DNA of 63,776 nt, filler included. It is 7 parts of 7 records of this genome, joined end to end, with 100 filler letters (N's around TTAATTAATTAA, not from the genome) between each part and the next. Parts side by side here need not be neighbours in the genome. Positions count along the whole stretch, not along the records: positions 47,333 to 63,776 come from SRR31156797_70532; 6 more parts are not named here. One strand, given 5' to 3'. The first letter of the stretch is position 1. The number at the start of each line of letters is the position of its first letter. A program made the position numbers and the translations under genes. The notes beneath the pieces were generated by a model. That model searched no databases, was not told where the DNA came from, and saw nothing but the letters and a program-made list of their open reading frames with translations. Shown one piece after another: positions 60,704-63,776 of the stretch.

Positions 60704-62836
60704 ATGAGCATACGTATAAAACTGTTTGCCTTACTGCTGATCTTCAGCCTTATCCCCCTGTTGGTAGTTTCCGTTATCAGCAGGCAGGGAATTCAGGAAC
60801 TTGGGCAGATACAGTCCGATAACCTGCGCGCGGACATGATCAAAATCCTGACCGATGAAATGCACCAATCCGCCAAGGATTCAGCCAAGCTGGTACAGCA
60901 ACAAGCCGTATCTCTTGAGTTCGCCCTCAAGGCCATCGGCGCCGAAGCAGAGGACGTACTTAACGATCCGGTAGGAGCTGCTCCTAAAGTTTATTTTGCC
61001 GAAGATTTCAACACCCAAGGACGCCAGCCTGCCGACTTCGGGCCATCCCCCCAATATTTCGTCACTAGTGAAAAGGGACAGAAGACCCCTTCATCGGTCA
61101 GTCTGGAGGAACCTGTTTTTCTTTGTCCGGAAGGAAAGGAACATCTTAATGATGAAGATCTGGCCCGACTCTGTTTGCTCAAGCCTGATCTCAAATCTTT
61201 TTTCAATGAAGCCGGAACAGCTCTGCACAGGGTCTACATCACCCTTAACTCCGGCCTGCACATGGCCTATCCCGGACACGGCAACTATCCCGCCAACTAC
61301 GATCCACGCAACAGATCATGGTTCACCAAGGCAGTGGAACATGGGACCATTGTCTGGGATAAATTCATCGATGCCAGCACCGGACAACAGGTATACACCC
61401 TGTCCAAAACCATCCGCGACCGTACAGGAAAAACCATCGGCGTTGTTGCCATCGACATCCAGCTGGTGGAACTTCTGCGCAAGGAAGACCTGACTTCACA
61501 GTGGTCCAATGCCATTCAAGCCTTCGTTGTCGGCCCGGTTAAAACAGACGAAGGAGTCGAACTGCGCATCTGGGCTGAGGCCGGACACAAGAAGACCAAT
61601 ATGTCGTGGATGACCGGACTGCCAAATGAAGTCCGCTACCTGCAATCATCTGCAAAAGACTCCTTGAACGGACTGATTAACTCCATTGCCAAAGAGCAAT
61701 CCGGGGTCATGCGCATGCCCTACAACGGTATTGATTCGGTCTGGGCATTTGCCCCCTTCCGTGGCGAAGGCAGCTACGTGCTGATCACTCCGGAACGGGT
61801 CATAACCAGAGTGCCGGACAGAGCCGCAAATCAGGCTCTTGAATTAAGCACGAACCTGTATGTAGCCGTCGGTGCGGCCTCTTTCTTCACCCTGCTCACA
61901 GTCGGTCTGGTGGCTTTTGTTGGCAGCCGAAAGATCATTAAGCCGCTGCTGGTCATGACCGATGCAGCTGAAAAAATTTCCGAAGGCGACCTTTCCGTGC
62001 ATGTTGATGTCAAAACCGGGGATGAACGAGAAACCCTCGCCAATGCCTTCAACCACATGATCCCCAAATTGCAGGACCACCTGCGCATCAGCAAGTCAAT
62101 GGAGCTGGCGCAGGAAGTACACACCAGCCTGCTTCCGCAGGAACCGCCGCAGGCCAGCGGATTGGATATCTCCGGGACCAGCATTTCATGCGACGAGACC
62201 GGAGGAGATTATTTTGATTTCTACACTCCGCCAGTCAGCGGCGGAACCGGGATCCTGCTCGGGGACGTAACCGGGCACGGAGTCTCTGCGGCCCTGCTCA
62301 TGACTACCGGACGCGCGCATCTGAAACACGCATCCGGGCACCGGGAACCGCTGGACACACGTATCGGGGAAGTCAACAGACTACTCTGCTCTGATATCGG
62401 CGATACCGGGCGATTTATGACCCTGTTCTGCCTTGAAATTTCCCCGGACAATTCCGCAGCAACCTACGTTCGAGCCGGACATGATCCGGCCACCATCTAC
62501 AATCCGATCAATGGTGAAAAGCGGGACCTCTTAGGTTCGCCCATGCTGGCGCTTGGTATCTTTGATGAAGCCGAGTACAATGAATTTGATGTAGACCTGA
62601 ACGAGGGAGAAATCATCTTCATCGGCACCGACGGCATTTGGGAAGCCCGCAATACCAAGGATGAAATGTTCGGACGCGACCGCCTCGACCGGATAGTCTT
62701 CGCTAATGCCCAGCGCAGTGCCGCTGAAATCCAGCAGGAAATCATTGCCGAAGTCTACAAATTCCAAGACGGCATGGAACAGGAAGACGATATCACTCTG
62801 GTCATCATCAAAGTCAACGAATTCAATAAGGCTTAA
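60704..62836 (+). CDS. Cache-HAMP-SpoIIE (PP2C-type) phosphatase
   Basis: YDPRNRSWF Cache motif, HAMP, and GGDYFD, GDVTGHG, TDG and DDIT motifs. Confidence 0.93.
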   Translation: MSIRIKLFALLLIFSLIPLLVVSVISRQGIQELGQIQSDNLRADMIKILTDEMHQSAKDSAKLVQQQAVSLEFALKAIGAEAEDVLNDPVGAAPKVYFAEDFNTQGRQPADFGPSPQYFVTSEKGQKTPSSVSLEEPVFLCPEGKEHLNDEDLARLCLLKPDLKSFFNEAGTALHRVYITLNSGLHMAYPGHGNYPANYDPRNRSWFTKAVEHGTIVWDKFIDASTGQQVYTLSKTIRDRTGKTIGVVAIDIQLVELLRKEDLTSQWSNAIQAFVVGPVKTDEGVELRIWAEAGHKKTNMSWMTGLPNEVRYLQSSAKDSLNGLINSIAKEQSGVMRMPYNGIDSVWAFAPFRGEGSYVLITPERVITRVPDRAANQALELSTNLYVAVGAASFFTLLTVGLVAFVGSRKIIKPLLVMTDAAEKISEGDLSVHVDVKTGDERETLANAFNHMIPKLQDHLRISKSMELAQEVHTSLLPQEPPQASGLDISGTSISCDETGGDYFDFYTPPVSGGTGILLGDVTGHGVSAALLMTTGRAHLKHASGHREPLDTRIGEVNRLLCSDIGDTGRFMTLFCLEISPDNSAATYVRAGHDPATIYNPINGEKRDLLGSPMLALGIFDEAEYNEFDVDLNEGEIIFIGTDGIWEARNTKDEMFGRDRLDRIVFANAQRSAAEIQQEIIAEVYKFQDGMEQEDDITLVIIKVNEFNKA

Positions 62837-62856
62837 TAAATCAAGAAAGGATAACC

Positions 62857-63102
62857 ATGGAAAACAGCCATCGCTTTTTCAGAAACATAGATTGCCGCTA
62901 TTTCCCCTGCCATCAGGTCAGCGACGAAACCTCATTCAACTGCCTATTCTGTTTCTGCCCGCTCTATCTCGTAGAAGATTGCGGTGGACGCTTTAAAATG
63001 ACTGCAAAAGGCATCAAGGATTGCACAGACTGCAAGATTCCGCATCGGCCCGAAGGTTACGATTACATCATCAAGAAACTTAAAGAAGCGAACGAGCGCT
63101 AA
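62857..63102 (+). CDS. cysteine-rich small-domain (zf-like) protein
   Basis: CRYFPCH, FNCLFCFCPLY and KDCTDCKIPH motifs. Confidence 0.88.
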   Translation: MENSHRFFRNIDCRYFPCHQVSDETSFNCLFCFCPLYLVEDCGGRFKMTAKGIKDCTDCKIPHRPEGYDYIIKKLKEANER

Positions 63103-63131
63103 GCCCCCCAAAGGCCATATGGGAGAGCCAC

Positions 63132-63686
63132 ATGTCAGAAAATTTCACCTTCGCCCTTACTCAGGAAGAAAAGAAGTACCTCAAAGCTCTAGTCCGCAAG
63201 AGCATCCTCTGCCGACTCAATAGACAGGAGGAATCCGTACCCGAGCCAGTAACCGAGCATCTGCGCGAGGAATACGGGGCATTCGTGACCCTGAATAAGG
63301 GGGGGCATCTGCGTGGTTGTATCGGTAATGTGCAGGGAACCGGACCGCTCTACAAAACCATCTGGAAGATGGCCCGCTCCGCCGCCTTTGAAGATCCCCG
63401 TTTTCCACCGCTGAGCAAGGAAGAATTCGAAATAATCGAAATTGAGATTTCCATCCTCAGCCCTATTGATGTCTGCAAGGACACAGAACAAATCATTATT
63501 GGACGGCATGGTTTGATCATGCAGCGCGGCATGCAATCCGGCTTGCTGTTGCCGCAAGTAGCTGTTGACTGGAAATGGAATCGCGAACAATTCCTCGCCC
63601 ACACCTGCCAGAAAGCAGGCATGGAGCCGGATGCATGGAAAGACCCGGCAACCAATATTTTCTGGTTCGAAGCTGAAGTATTCTGA
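63132..63686 (+). CDS. amrA: AMMECR1/AmmeMemoRadiSam protein A
   Basis: GAFVTL-LRGCIG, AFEDPRF, GLLLPQV and FEAEVF motifs. Confidence 0.92.
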   Translation: MSENFTFALTQEEKKYLKALVRKSILCRLNRQEESVPEPVTEHLREEYGAFVTLNKGGHLRGCIGNVQGTGPLYKTIWKMARSAAFEDPRFPPLSKEEFEIIEIEISILSPIDVCKDTEQIIIGRHGLIMQRGMQSGLLLPQVAVDWKWNREQFLAHTCQKAGMEPDAWKDPATNIFWFEAEVF

Positions 63687-63717
63687 TGCGCTTCACGCTT
63701 TTTGATTAATACATTTT

Positions 63718-63758
63718 GCCTCCGGCGGCTTAAACCCTTTAAAAAGGGTTTGCTCCGC
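63718..63758. repeat. REP-like palindrome or possible terminator
   Basis: AAACCCTTT-AA-AAAGGGTTT hairpin preceded by GCCTCCGGCGGC. Confidence 0.5.
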
Positions 63759-63776
63759 TGTCGTTATCCCTAAGAC

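Noticed and set aside
1-63776. CRISPR array, tRNA or rRNA genes
   Set aside because: No regularly spaced identical direct repeats, cas genes or recognisable structural RNA seen by eye. A covariance search was not run.

Overview
This window is not one locus. It is seven unrelated contigs joined by six artificial 100-nt linkers (N-run + TTAATTAATTAA + N-run), so gene neighbourhoods only mean something within a contig. (1) 1-6292, Desulfobacterota-like: hicAB and a MazEF-type toxin-antitoxin pair, two CBS proteins, an M48 peptidase, decayed remnants and an aminotransferase. (2) 6393-11966, spirochaete-like flagellar cluster fliM'-fliY-fliO-fliP-fliQ-fliR-flhB-flhA'. (3) 12067-17916, GC-rich and alphaproteobacterium-like: a resolvase remnant, GDPD, RpiR regulator and an AccA-like ABC importer. 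(4) 18017-33050, Desulfobulbales-like: a sigma54-controlled Mo aldehyde oxidoreductase locus, a molybdate transporter, an integrase-less array of four attC-bounded cassettes (one encoding a TIR/NDT-like plus TM protein), epd-panE-panB and kinase genes or remnants. (5) 33151-39524: an operon for a GlcD/GlcF-fused oxidoreductase, 2-hydroxyacyl-CoA dehydratase, its activase and a CoA ligase. (6) 39625-47232: YeiH', hypotheticals, a tandem-repeat lipoprotein and a Cus-type RND system with a double-length TolC. (7) 47333-63776, Desulfovibrionaceae-like: trmJ, cobalamin genes with dinB embedded, and signalling genes. I found no rRNA, tRNA or CRISPR array. Taxonomic and family calls come from recalled motifs, not database searches. 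The best novelty candidates are the attC cassette array with its TIR-TM gene, the tandem double TolC, the AccA-like phosphodiester uptake module and the hydroxyacid radical-dehydratase operon.
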